NCBI GenBank assembly: GCA_963719475.1
Contig: CAVRCD010000008.1
Location: 30,845 to 94,844 of the forward strand
Length of the DNA stretch: 64,000 nucleotides
Reading direction: 5' to 3'
Origin: an uncultured Actinomycetota bacterium
GTDB lineage: Bacteria; Actinomycetota; Actinomycetes; Mycobacteriales; Nakamurellaceae
In this document: piece by piece, positions 50,555 through 62,501 of the stretch
Layout of the letters: each line of letters opens with the position of its first letter
Numbering within the stretch: position 1 is the first letter of the stretch
The notes under the pieces: generated by a model
The model's database searches: none
What the model saw: only the letters and a program-made list of their open reading frames with translations
What the model was told of the DNA's origin: nothing
Made by a program: the position numbers and the translations under genes

Positions 50555-52300
50555 ATGACCACCGCACTGCCGACGACCGCCGGAACGCCTGCCGGACCGG
50601 GCCCGCGACCCGTCCGGGCCGCGCGCGGCACCACGCTGACCGCGAAGAGCTGGTCGACCGAGGCGCCCCTGCGCATGCTCTGCAACAACCTCGATCCCGA
50701 GGTCGCCGAGGAGCCGGACAAGCTCGTCGTCTACGGCGGGACCGGCAAGGCCGCCCGCAACTGGGCCAGCTTCGACGCGATCTGCCGCACCCTCACCGAT
50801 CTCGAGCGGGACGAGACCCTGCTGGTCCAGTCCGGCAAACCGGTCGGTGTGCTGCGCACCCACGAGTGGGCACCGCGGGTGCTGATCGCCAACTCGAACC
50901 TGGTGGGGGATTGGGCGAACTGGCCGGAGTTCCGGCGGCTGGAGGCCATGGGTCTGACCATGTACGGCCAGATGACGGCCGGCTCGTGGATCTACATCGG
51001 GTCGCAGGGCATCGTGCAGGGCACCTACGAGACGTTCTCCGCCGTGGCCGAGAAGCTGGCCACCGGGCGCGGTGAGCCGGGTAGCTCGGCCGGTGCGAGT
51101 CTGGCCGGAACCCTGACGGTCACCGCCGGTCTCGGCGGAATGGGCGGCGCGCAGCCGCTTGCGGTCACGATGAACGGCGGCACCGTGCTGTGCATCGAGT
51201 GCGACCCGAGTCGCGCCCAGAAACGTCTGGCCACCAGGTATCTCGACGTCGTCGCCGACGACCTCGAGCACGGCATCGCGCTCGCCCTGGACGCCAAGAA
51301 GCACCGCAGGGCCGTCTCCATCGCCGTGATCGGCAATGCGGCCGAGATCCTGCCCGAACTGCTCCGGCGGGGGGTGGAGATCGACATCGTCACCGACCAG
51401 ACCAGTGCGCACGATCCGTTGGCGTACCTGCCGATCGGGGTCGAGCTGGCGGACTGGCACGACTACGCGGCGGCCAAGCCCGAGGAGTTCACCGATCGGG
51501 CGCGGTCGTCGATGGCCACCCACGTGGAGGCGATGGTCGGCTTCCAGGACGCCGGGGCCGAGGTGTTCGACTACGGCAACTCGATCCGCGGTGAGGCGCA
51601 GTTGGCCGGCTACGCCAGAGCCTTCGACTTCCCCGGGTTCGTCCCGGCCTACATCAGGCCGCTGTTCTGCGCCGGCAAGGGGCCGTTCCGCTGGGCCGCG
51701 CTGTCCGGCGACCCGGCCGACATCCACGCCACGGACAAGGCGGTGAAACGGTTGTTCCCGGACAACGACAGCCTGCAACGCTGGATGCGATTGGCGCCGG
51801 AACGCATTGCTTTCCAAGGCCTTCCGGCCCGCATCTGCTGGCTCGGCGCCGGCGAGCGGGACAAGGCAGGGCTGGAGTTCAACTCCATGGTCGCCTCCGG
51901 CGAGCTGTCGGCCCCGGTGGTCATCGGCCGCGACCACCTGGACGCCGGTTCGGTGGCCTCCCCGTACCGGGAGACCGAGGCGATGGCCGACGGCAGTGAT
52001 GCGATCGCCGACTGGCCTCTGCTCAACGCGTTGGTCAGCACCGCTTCTGGCGCGAGTTGGGTGTCGATCCATCACGGCGGCGGAGTGGGCATCGGCCGGT
52101 CGATCCATGCCGGTCAGGTGACGGTCGCCGACGGCACTGAGCTGGCCGCGCAGAAGGTCGAGCGGGTGCTGACCAACGACCCGGCGATGGGCGTCCTGCG
52201 GCACGTCGACGCCGGATACCCGGAGGCCGATGCCGCAGCGGCGGCCAACCACCTGACGATCCCGATGCACTCCACGGCGGGCGACGGGAGCGACGCATGA
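50555..52300 (+). CDS. hutU: Urocanate hydratase
   Basis: [42 protein letters not shown] and HHGGGVG. Confidence 0.97.
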   Translation: MTTALPTTAGTPAGPGPRPVRAARGTTLTAKSWSTEAPLRMLCNNLDPEVAEEPDKLVVYGGTGKAARNWASFDAICRTLTDLERDETLLVQSGKPVGVLRTHEWAPRVLIANSNLVGDWANWPEFRRLEAMGLTMYGQMTAGSWIYIGSQGIVQGTYETFSAVAEKLATGRGEPGSSAGASLAGTLTVTAGLGGMGGAQPLAVTMNGGTVLCIECDPSRAQKRLATRYLDVVADDLEHGIALALDAKKHRRAVSIAVIGNAAEILPELLRRGVEIDIVTDQTSAHDPLAYLPIGVELADWHDYAAAKPEEFTDRARSSMATHVEAMVGFQDAGAEVFDYGNSIRGEAQLAGYARAFDFPGFVPAYIRPLFCAGKGPFRWAALSGDPADIHATDKAVKRLFPDNDSLQRWMRLAPERIAFQGLPARICWLGAGERDKAGLEFNSMVASGELSAPVVIGRDHLDAGSVASPYRETEAMADGSDAIADWPLLNALVSTASGASWVSIHHGGGVGIGRSIHAGQVTVADGTELAAQKVERVLTNDPAMGVLRHVDAGYPEADAAAAANHLTIPMHSTAGDGSDA

Positions 52301-53533
52301 GGAATGGGCTGCAGGACGCCGACGCCAGCCGGTTCGGCACGACCTGGGCCGACCTGGCCGGCGTCGGTCGGGACCGGGTGCGCGGTGGCTACTCCCGGCA
52401 TGTGTTCGACGATGCCGAGATGCAACTGCGGCAGTGGTTCGGCGAGCAGGCGCAACGCCGCGGCCTCGAGGTCGAGAACGACCGGAACGGCAACGTCTGG
52501 GCGTGGTGGGGGATACCCGGCCCGGGCGCCGTGGTGACCGGGTCGCACCTGGACTCGGTGCCGGGCGGCGGTGCGTTCGACGGGCCGCTCGGCGTGGTGT
52601 CCGGCCTGCTGGCCGTGGACGAGCTGCGGGTACGCGGGGTCTCGCCGGCCCGACCACTGGCCATCGCCTGTTTCGCGGAGGAGGAGGGCGGCCGGTTCGG
52701 CCTGCCCTGCATGGGTTCCCGGTTGATGACCGGAGCCGTCGATGCCGACCAGGTGCGGCGGCTGCACGATCAGGATGGGGTGTCGGTGGCCGACGCCGCC
52801 CGGCGGGTCGGTCTCGATCCGTCGACCATGGGCCCGGACCCGGCCCGGCTGGCCAGCATCGGCACCTTCGTCGAACTGCACGTGGAGCAGGGCAGGTTGC
52901 TGCAGACCGCCGACCCCACGGCGGTTGTCGGGGTCGGATCGGAAATCCTCGCACACGGCCGCTGGCGGATCACCGTCACCGGCCAGGGCAATCACGCCGG
53001 CACCACCCGGCCTGCCGATCGCCGGGATCCGATGGTTCCGGCCGCGGCCGCCGTCCTGGCGGCCCGCCGGGCGATGAGCGAGTACGACGGAGCCGTGGCG
53101 ACCATCGGCCGGATCAACCCGATCCCCGGCGGTACCAACGTGATCGCCTCGACCGTGCAGCTGTGGCTCGATGTCCGTCACGAGTCGGCCGTCGGTGACC
53201 GCCGCCATCGTCGACTCGATCGTCGCCGCCGTCCGGGAGGAGGCCGCCGCGGAACGCTGCATCTCGGTGATGGTGCAACGGGAATCGATGACCGAGCGGG
53301 TGTCGTTCGATCCCGGGCTCGGCCTGCAACTGTCCGAACTGCTGTCCGCTCCGGTGATCCCGACCGGTGCCGGCCACGATGCCGGCGTGTTCTCGGCGCA
53401 CGTCCCGTCGGCGATGCTGTTCGTGCGCAACCCGAGCGGGGTGTCGCACGCCCCGGAGGAACACGCCGACGCCGCGGATTGCCTGGTCGGCATCGGCGCC
53501 TTGGCCGACGTGCTGGAGAACCTGGTCAAGTGA
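52297..53533 (+). CDS. M20-family Zn amidohydrolase (allantoate amidohydrolase-like; frameshift near 53185)
   Basis: [38 protein letters not shown] and SHAPEE. Confidence 0.88.
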
Positions 53534-54865
53534 GCGCTCGATGCCGGCCCGTCACGGACCGTGTACCGCTGCGCCGCGGCCCTGGTCGACGGCGAGGTCC
53601 GTCCGGACGTCGACATCGCCTGCGCCGACGGCATCATCGAGTCGATCACCCCGGCCGACGGCTCGGGCTCGAATCCGGGGTCGAACGGCTGCCCGGCCTG
53701 GTGGTGCCCGGCTTCGCCGACGCGCACTCGCACATCTTCCACCGCGGGCTGCGGGGGCGGACCCATGACGGATCCGGCACCTTCTGGACCTGGCGGGACC
53801 GGATGTACGGGCTGGCCGGCCGGCTGAACCCGGACAGCCTGCGGGAGTTGGCCTTTGCCGGCTACCTGGAGCTGCTGTGTGCCGGTTACACCGCGGTGGG
53901 GGAGTTCCACTACCTGCATCACCCGCCGGGCGGCGGCCGGTACACCGAACCGAACGCCATGGGGTTGGCGGTGGCCGACGCCGCCCAGCGGGCCGGCATC
54001 GAGCCTCACCCTGCTGGACATCGCCTACCTCGCAGGTGGCTTCGGGGTCCCGGTGAACGAGGTGCAGCAACGATTCTCCGACGGCACAGCGGGATCCTGG
54101 GCCGATCGGGTGGCCGAGCTGCCCGACAGCATCCGGGTGGGCGTGGGGATCCACTCCGTCCGTGCGGTGCCGTTCGCCGAGATGCCGACCGTGGTGCAGG
54201 CGGCCGGCGATGACCGCGTCCTGCACGTGCACCTGTCCGAGCAGCCGGCGGAGAACGCGGACTGCCTGGCAGCGACCGGGCTGACCCCGACCGGCCTGCT
54301 GGCGGCGGCCGGGGCGCTCGGTCCGCGGACCGCGGTGGTCCACGGCACTCATCTGACCGACGACGACATCGCGCTGTTGGGTGGGGCCGGCTGCTCGGTG
54401 GTGATCTGCCCGACCACCGAGGCCGATCTCGCGGACGGTCTGCCGGCCGCCGCGCGGCTGGCCGGCGCCGGAGCGTCGCTGTCGCTGGGCGGTGATCAGC
54501 AGGTGGTGGTCGATCCCTTCGCTCAGGCCCGGGGGCTGGAGTACGGCGAGCGGCTGGCCGGCGGGCGGCGCGGCGTGTTCGAACCCGCTGCCCTGTGGAC
54601 CGCTGCTCTGGGGTCATCCCATGCCGCGATCGGGTCGCCAGGCGGGGTCCTGAAGGTGGGCGCGCCGGCCGACCTGGTGGCGGTCCGGACCGACAGCGTT
54701 CGCACGGCGGGTGCCGAGCTCGAACAGCTGGTCATGTGCGCGACCGCCGCGGATGTCGAGGTGGTGGTGGTCGGCGGATTGATCCAGGTGCGATCCGGGA
54801 ACCATGTCCGGTACGGCGATCCGGGACCCCTGGTGGCCGCGGCGATCGAGAATGCCTGGAGGTGA
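53530..54865 (+). CDS. hutF: Formimidoylglutamate deiminase (frameshifts near 53560-53690 and 54003)
   Basis: HSHIFHRGLRG, FWTWR, VGEFHYLHH, HSVRAV, HVHLSEQ and CPTTEADL. Confidence 0.88.
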
Positions 54866-56097
54866 GCGTGTCCCTTTCGGCCCTCACGCGGACCGACCCG
54901 GCTTCCCGGCAATCGACGGTGCTGCACGGCATCTCGGAACTGGTGACCAACGACCCGACGGCGGGACCCGGCCTGCTGGGTCTGCTGCCCGATGCGGCAG
55001 TGGTGATCAAGGACGGGCTGATCGAGTGGGTCGGATCGGCCGCGTCCGCGCCGCCGGCCGATGTCGCCGTCGACCTCGGTGGTCGGGCGGTCCTGCCCGG
55101 ATGGGTGGACTCGCACTCGCACGTGGTGTTCGCCGGCGACCGGGCGGCGGAGTTCTCGGCCCGGATGGCGGGAACGCCGTATCGCGCCGGCGGGATGCAG
55201 GCGACGGTGGCCGCCACCCGCGAGGCCACCGAACCGGAGTTGCTGGCGGTCGCCCGCCGGCACCGCCGGGAGATGATCGCGGGCGGCACCACCTACATGG
55301 AGACCAAGACCGGCTACGGGCTCACCACCCACGACGAGCTGCGCGCAGCGCGCACCGCGAAGGCGGCCGGGTTCGACGAGATCACTTTCCTGGGAGCACA
55401 TGTCGTGCCACCGGAGTTCGCCAAGGACCCCGACGCCTACCTCGACCTGGTCTGCGGCCCGATGCTCGATGCCGTCGCGCCCCAGGTCGGATGGATCGAT
55501 GTGTTCTGCGAGACCGGCGCTTTCGACGAGGCGCAGACAAGGCGGGTGCTCGCGGCCGGGACCCGTAAGGGACTCGGACTCCGGGTCCACGGGAACCAGT
55601 TGTCGACCGGGCCCGGGGTGCGGATCGCGGTGGACACCGGCGCCGCATCGGTGGACCACTGCACGTTTCTCACCGATGCCGACATCGACGCGTTGGCCGT
55701 CTCCAGCACGGTGGCGACCCTGCTGCCCGCCTGCGACCTGTCCACCCGCCAGCCGCCGGCTCCCGGTCGGGCCCTGGCCGACGCCGGCGCCCGGATCGCG
55801 TTGGCGTCCAACTGCAATCCCGGCTCGTCCTACACGTCTTCGATGAATCTCGTTGTCGCACTGGGCGTGCTGCTCTGCCAACTCACCACCCAGGAAGCCG
55901 TGTACGCGGCGACCGCCGGCGGCGCCGCGGCCCTGCGGCGCACCGACATCGGAACGGTCCGGGTGGGCGCCCGCGCCGACCTGCACGTGCTGGACGCCCC
56001 CTCGCACGACTACCTGGCCTACCGGGTCGGCGTGCCGCTCACCTATGCGGTCTACCGCAACGGGATTCCGGAGGTGCCCCCGCCGATCGGCGGGTGA
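54862..56097 (+). CDS. hutI: Imidazolonepropionase
   Basis: PGWVDSHSHVVFAGDR, KTGYGL, FLGAH, DVFCETGAF, SVDH and NPGSS. Confidence 0.93.
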   Translation: MSVSLSALTRTDPASRQSTVLHGISELVTNDPTAGPGLLGLLPDAAVVIKDGLIEWVGSAASAPPADVAVDLGGRAVLPGWVDSHSHVVFAGDRAAEFSARMAGTPYRAGGMQATVAATREATEPELLAVARRHRREMIAGGTTYMETKTGYGLTTHDELRAARTAKAAGFDEITFLGAHVVPPEFAKDPDAYLDLVCGPMLDAVAPQVGWIDVFCETGAFDEAQTRRVLAAGTRKGLGLRVHGNQLSTGPGVRIAVDTGAASVDHCTFLTDADIDALAVSSTVATLLPACDLSTRQPPAPGRALADAGARIALASNCNPGSSYTSSMNLVVALGVLLCQLTTQEAVYAATAGGAAALRRTDIGTVRVGARADLHVLDAPSHDYLAYRVGVPLTYAVYRNGIPEVPPPIGG

Positions 56098-56118
56098 ACA
56101 CCCTCAGTCCCGGCGGGT

Positions 56119-56847
56119 TCAGCCGCGGGTGGCCGCCGACGATGACGGTTCGGGCACAGCGCAGGAGTCGTCCTCGCAGATCGCAGCGTCGTCGCCGACC
56201 ACGGTGAGCGGCTGGGCTTCTGCCCATGCGGTGTCGAGAACCTGGCTGAAGACCGCGGTTTCCTGCGCCCCGGACACGGCGTACTTGCGGTCGAAGACGA
56301 AGAACGGCACACCGGTGGCGCCGAACGCCCTGGCCAGCGCGATGTCGGCGTCGACCTCCGCGGTGAACGCATCACCGTCGAGGATGTCGGCAGCCTCGGC
56401 CTCGTCCAGCCCGACCTCGACGGCAAGGCGGAGCAGCTCGTCGCGGTCGCCGATCCGGACACCTTCGGAGAAGTAGCCGCGCATCAGCCGTTCGGTGAGC
56501 GCATTGCCCAGATCCCTGGTCGCAGCGAAGTGCAGCAGGCGGTGCGCCCGGAACGTGTTGGCCGGGTGGGCATCCTGCAGCTGGAAATCCAGGCCGGCGG
56601 TCGCGGCCATGTCCGAGACCCGGTCGTTCATCGCCCGTGCCTGCTCGAGGGTGCGTCCGTACTTCTGGGCCAGCATCTCCTCGAGGCTCAGCTCGGAGGT
56701 GGTGGGACTGGTCGGATCGAGCTGGAACGACCGGTACGTCACGGTCACCCCGTCGGCATGATCGAAACCGTCGAGCGCCTCTTCCAGTCGGCGCTTGCCG
56801 ATATAACAGAACGGGCACACCACGTCGGAGAAGACCTCGATCTGCAT
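56119..56847 (-). CDS. DsbA/FrnE family thiol-disulfide oxidoreductase
   Basis: SDVVCPFCYIG, FQLDP, NTFRAHRLLH, GVPFF and SGAQ. Confidence 0.93.
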   Translation of the reverse strand: MQIEVFSDVVCPFCYIGKRRLEEALDGFDHADGVTVTYRSFQLDPTSPTTSELSLEEMLAQKYGRTLEQARAMNDRVSDMAATAGLDFQLQDAHPANTFRAHRLLHFAATRDLGNALTERLMRGYFSEGVRIGDRDELLRLAVEVGLDEAEAADILDGDAFTAEVDADIALARAFGATGVPFFVFDRKYAVSGAQETAVFSQVLDTAWAEAQPLTVVGDDAAICEDDSCAVPEPSSSAATRG

Positions 56848-56912
56848 GTGTTGCCCTTTCACGTGTCTGGCCGCCGCAACGCGCGGACGAAATTCTCGAA
56901 GAAGTGTTGGTC

Positions 56913-56958
56913 TTGATGATCCATCAACAATCAACCTTCCGTGGAAGCCGGGCATTCC
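56913..56958 (-). promoter_or_regulatory. SigH/SigR promoter (GGAAT-N18-GTTG) followed by palindrome TTGTTGATGGATCATCAA
   Basis: Minus strand GGAAT gcccggcttccacggaag GTTG A TTGTTGATGGATCATCAA. Confidence 0.75.
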
Positions 56959-56995
56959 CTCAGCGACCGCAAGGCGGCGATGCATGATGAATCAC

Positions 56996-58181
56996 ATGCG
57001 ACGCAGCACCCATCGCCTTCGGGTTGCTGCCGCGACGGTGCTGATCTCCCTGGTGTTGGCGGGGTGCACATCGACCGGCGGTGACCGGGCTGCACCGACG
57101 AGTACCGACAGCGCTGGGCCGTCGGTCGGACCGATGGATTCCGGCTGGAACACCGTGACGCCTGCCGGGATGGTGCCTGCCTCGCTCTCCGCCGGCATCA
57201 ACGGGGTGGTCGTCGGTGGGGCGACGGACTCCGCCGCGCCCGGGCCGATGCTGGCGCAGTGGCGGCCACCGGGCTGGCAGGACATTCCGATGGAGGCCGC
57301 CACCGAGTACGGCGCCATGGCCACCGTCATTCATCTGTCGCTCGGGCCGGACCGGCAGGTGACGGCCATCGGCTCGATCGCCGGTGGAGCGCACCTGAAC
57401 CCGCGACGGTCGGCCTGGATCGGTAGCACCGACGGCGTCGTCGAGGAGCCGCAAACGGTGGAGACCTTCGGCGGCCCGGACGCCGGCGGCATCACCGGCC
57501 TGGTGAGCGGGCCGGACCCGATGATCGTCGGCACCTGGACTGACCGACACCGGTCTGATCGGGGTGGCGACCTGGGGTCACCATAATCAGACCTGGGTGC
57601 GCCGTCCCAGCCCGCCGGTGCTCTCCGGCAATGCCGCCGAACTGCTGACCGCCACCGCAACAGCTGCGACAGGGGCTGGTTCCGGCGTCGTGATCACCGG
57701 GCTGGCAACGACTTTCGTCGGCGGCATCGTGCACCAGCAAGCCGTGCTGTGGTTCTCGGGCGACGAACCGGAGCGGTGGACCAGAGTCGATCTCGACGGT
57801 TCCGATCAGGACAGTGCCGCCACGGACGTCTCGTGCGCCGCCGGTTCGTGCGTCGCCGTGGGGCGGCTCGGGGACCGACTCGCCGCCTGGCGGGTGGACG
57901 CCCGTGGCGCCGTCCCGGTGGCGACCCAGGCGTCGGACCTGCCGGAACGGCAGATCGACCGCTACGCCGGCCAGCCACGGGTCGGGGTCGACGCCGCGAC
58001 CACCGTCATTGCGCCTGGGACGGGTGGCGAACTGCTCGTCTGCACCGAGCCACTCACCTGGACGTCCGTGCCCGCTCCGGCCGGCGAGCAACGCCGGGTC
58101 GGAGTGCACGACGGCACCGCATTCCTGCTGCTGCGGCAGGACGGTGGACAGCAGGACATCTACTCGCGCGAAACGGCGTAG
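56996..58181 (+). CDS. Putative lipoprotein, beta-rich/propeller-like (frameshift near 57545)
   Basis: Signal peptide with lipobox LAGC; repeated W..S.DG-like turns; GGAHLNPR and EEPQTVETFGGP. Confidence 0.65.
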
Positions 58182-58195
58182 TGCGATTCGCCGTC

Positions 58196-58394
58196 CCTAC
58201 GAGAACGCTGCTCCGATCACTGTTCTTCTTCGCGGCCAGGTGCCGGGCCGTTGAGCAACGCGATCCAGCTTTCCTAGGAGAAGGCAGCGCCTATCACTGT
58301 TCCTCTTCGCGGCCAGGTGCCGAGTCGGTGGTACGGATTGCGTCGTAGCGCGACACTTGCGTCGTCTCAGGAGAAGGCTGCTGCCGTATCACTG
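58196..58394. repeat. Two 50-bp direct repeats containing copies of the kgd 3' end
   Basis: 58196-58245 and 58273-58322 are near-identical and share about 25 bp with the gene end at 58367-58394. Confidence 0.8.
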
Positions 58395-61300
58395 CGGCCT
58401 GCTCGACCTCGTGCACCCTCGCGGAACCCGCCGACGGCGCGGCCATGGCCCGGCGGGAGCAGCGCTTGATCCCGGCGAGCCGCGGCAGCATCTCCGGCAA
58501 CGCCAGGGCCAGGAAGGTCCACGAGCCCTGGTTGGCCGGTTCCTCCTGCACCCAGCGGAAATCGGTGACGTTCGGGTACGCATCGAGCAGGTGCTGCAGC
58601 TTGCGTCGCGGCACCGGGTAGATCTGTTCGAGCCGGACGATCGCGGTGTCGGTGATCTTGTGCGCCTTCCGGTAGGCATCCAGCTCGTAGTAGAGCTTTC
58701 CGCTGGTCAGCAGCACCTTCTTCACATCGGCGGCGTCGACGTCATGGTCGGCGATCACCGATTCGAACTTGCCGTGGGTGAAATCGGCGACCGACGACAC
58801 GGCAGCCTTGTTGCGCAGCATCGACTTCGGGGTGAACACCACCATCGGGCGGTGCACCCCGTCCAGCACGTGCCGGCGCAGCAGGTGGAAGTAGTTGGCC
58901 GGGGTGGAGGGCACGGCGATGGTCATCGAACCCTCGGCGCACAGCTGCAGGAAGCGCTCGATACGTCCGGAGGTGTGGTCCGGCCCCTGGCCTTCATGGG
59001 CGTGCGGGAGCAGCAACACCACCCCGACTGCTGGCCCCACTTGGCCTCACCGGAGGAGAGGTACTCGTCGATGACGGACTGCGCGCCGTTGACGAAATCG
59101 CCGAACTGGGCCTCCCACATCACCATCGCGTCCCGGTTCGCCACCGAGTACCCGTATTCGAAACCGAGCGCCGCGTATTCGGTCAGCGCCGAGTCGTAGA
59201 TCAGCACCCGCGCCTGATCTTCCGAGAGATGCTGCAGTGGAAGGAATTCCGCGCCGGTCTTGTGGTCGATCAACACCGAGTGGCGTTGCACGAAGGTGCC
59301 CCGCCTGGTGTCCTGACCGGACAGCCGGACCAGCCGGCCCTCCATCGCGATGGACCCGAGCGCGATCAACTCGCCGAACGCCCAGTCGATTCCGCCCTGC
59401 GCGGGACATCTCCACCCGGCGTTCCAGGACCGACTTGACCCTGGGGTGCGGGGTGAAGCCCTCCGGGAAGTTCACCGCGGTGTCCGCGATCCGGTGCAGC
59501 ATCTCCTCGCTGATCTTGGTCTCGACCTTCGGCGGTATCTGCTGCTCCGCCTCCACCGACGGCGACGGGGTGGCCACCGCCTTCTCCAGGTCGCGGACCT
59601 CGTTGAAGACCCGTTCGAGTTGGGTGTGGTAGTCGCGCAACGCTTCCTCGGCGTCCTCCGGCGAGAGGTCACCGCGACCGATCAGCGCCTCGGTGTAGAT
59701 CCGCCGGACAGAGCGCTTGCCGTCGATGATCTGGTACATCAGCGGGTTGGTCATCGAGGGGTCGTCACCCTCGTTGTGGCCGCGGCGGCGGTAGCAGACC
59801 ATGTCGATCACGACGTCCCGACCGAACGTCTCCCGGTACTCGACCGCCAACCGGGCGACCCAGACGGCGGCCTCCGGATCATCGCCGTTCACGTGGAAGA
59901 TCGGCGCCTGGATCATCTTGGCGACGTCGGTGCAGTACTCGCTGGACCGCGACGCCTCGGGGGCGGTGGTGAACCCGACCTGGTTGTTGATGATCACGTG
60001 CAGGGTGCCGCCGGTGCGGTACCCGCGCAGCAGCGACAGCTGCAGGGTCTCGGCCACCACGCCCTGCCCGGCGAACGCGGCGTCACCGTGCAACGCGATC
60101 GGCATGACGGTGTAGCCCTCTTCACCGAGGTTCAGCATGTCCTGCTTCGCCCGCGCGACACCTTCGAGCACCGGGTCGACGACCTCGAGATGGGAGGGGT
60201 TCGCCACCAGGGTGACGTCGACCTGACCGTCGCCGAACGGCCGGATGTACTTGCCCTCGGCGCCCAGGTGGTACTTCACGTCGCCGGAGCCGTGCGCCTG
60301 GCCCGGATCCATGTTGCCCTCGAACTCGCGGAAGATCTGCGAGTAGGGCTTGCCGACGATGTTGGCGAGCACGTTCAGCCGGCCACGGTGCGCCATCCCG
60401 ATGACGACCTCGTCCATCCCGTACTCGGCCGCCTTGTTCAGCGCGGCGTCGAGCAGAGCGATCACCGTCTCGCCGCCCTCGAGCGAGAACCGCTTCTGGC
60501 CGATGTACTTGGTCTGCAGGAAGGTCTCGAAGGCCTCCGCGCTGTTCAACCGGCCGAGGATGTACTTCTGCTCGTCGATCGGCGGCTTCTCGTGCTTGAC
60601 CTCGACCCGCTGCTGGATCCACTTGCGCTGAGTCGGATCCATGATGTGCATGTACTCCACACCGACTGTGCGGCAATAGGAGTCGCGCAGCACACCGAGC
60701 ACGTCGCGCAGTTTCATGAACTGCTCGCCGTTGAACCCGCCGACCGGGAACTCCCGGTCGAGATCCCACAGGGTCAGGCCGTGGGAGAGCACATCCAGGT
60801 CGGGATGCCTGCGCTGCCGGTAGTTCAGCGGATCGGTGTCGGCCATCAGGTGACCGCGGGTCCGGTAGGCGTCGATGATCTCCAGCACGCGGGCGGTCTT
60901 GTCGACCTGGCCGTGCCGGCCGACGTCGAGATCCTTGACCCAGCGCACCGGTTCGTAGGGCAGCCGCAGCGAGGTGAAGACGTCGTCGTAGAAGCCGTCC
61001 TCACCGATCAGCAACTGGTGGATCCGGCGCAGGAACTCACCGGACTCGGCGCCCTGGATCACCCGGTGGTCGTAGGTCGAGGTCAGCGTGATGATCTTGC
61101 TGATGCCCAGATCGGACAGGGTCTGATCGCTGGCGCCCTGGAACTCCGCCGGGTACTCGAGAGCACCGACGCCGATGATCGCGCTCTGCCCGGACATCAG
61201 TCGCGGAACCGAATGGTTGGTGCCGATCCCGCCCGGGTTGGTCAGCGAAATGGTGGTGCCGGCGTAATCCTCGGCGGTCAACGTGCCGGCGCGGGCCTTG

Positions 61301-62388
61301 CGGACAACCTGCTCGTAGGAGCTCCAGAACTGGGTGAAACTCATCGCCTCGGCGCCCTTGATCGGCACCACCACCAGGTTCCGTCCGCCACCCTTGGCCG
61401 GCAGGTCGATGGCCAGCCCGAGATTCACGTGCGACGGCGTCACCATCTGCGGCTTGCCGTCGGCCACCGCGAAGTGCCGGTTCATGTTCGGGTAATCGCC
61501 GATCGCCCGGACGATGGCGTACCCGATGAGGTGGGTGAACGAGATCTTCCCGCCGCGGTTCCGCTTGAGGAAGTTGTTGATCACGATGCGGTTGTCGGCC
61601 ATCAACTTGGCCGGGACCGCGCGCACCGAGGTGGCGGTCGGCACCTCCAGCGATGACGTCATGTTCTTCACCACGACGGCGGCGACGCCGCGCAGCGGGG
61701 TGGTGGTCAGCCCGGTGCCCTCTGCGTCCTGGGCGGCTCGCGCTGCCTTGGCGGCCTTCGCCGCGACCATGTCGTCCGGGGTGGCGGTCGTCGCCGGACG
61801 GCGGTTGTTCGGTGGCGAGGAATCCGTCGATTCCTTCCCACCGGCGCGGGCGGGTGCGGTCGACGGCGCGGCCGCGACCGGCTTCGGCGCGGACGGCGGG
61901 CCACCGGTGCCGGGCGCAGCCGTTGCAGGCTTGGTCGCCGTTGCGGTGCGGGCCCGGTTCGGGGGCGGCGGTGGGGGGGAGTGCTGGGACGTGCGGTGCT
62001 GGTCATGGTGGGTGCCGTTGTTCTTGTTGCGGTTGTTCGCGCTGACGGTGTTCTGGACGTGGTGGCGGCGGACTTGGTTGCCGTTTTCGTGCTGGCGGAT
62101 GCCGGAGCCGGACGGTGAGGCGCTGGACGCCGATTTGCCGGCCGTCGCCGCGGAGCCGGCGGCCGATGATCCGGCACCCGAGGAGCCGGCAGCGGTCGAG
62201 GCGGCGGCGGTCGCGGCGGCTCCGTTGCCGGCCGCCTTCTGCGCGGCGGCCTTCTTGCCCGAGCCGTTGACAGCGAAGAAGTCGCGCCAGATGGGGTCCA
62301 CGCTCTGCGGATCGGCAAGGAACTGCTGATACTTCTCCTCGACAAACCAGTCATTTGGACCGAATTCGGGCACACCTGCTGACGACAC
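58367..62388 (-). CDS. kgd: Multifunctional 2-oxoglutarate decarboxylase/dehydrogenase E1-E2 fusion (frameshifts near 59400, 59025, 58385)
   Basis: [63 protein letters not shown] and WVQEEP. Confidence 0.96.
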
Positions 62389-62501
62389 GGTGGTTGTCCG
62401 CCTGTTCTGAACGTGAGAGTGGGTCGAACCCAGGCTAAACCTCGACGGCCGCTCGTGGACGGGTGGTCACCGTGGCGTCCACGACAATTCCCTCGACTGC
62501 A

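Noticed and set aside
61900-62260. Low-complexity Ala/Thr/Lys-rich stretch in kgd
   Set aside because: It is the normal flexible linker of actinobacterial Kgd; the odd translation likely reflects compensating indels.
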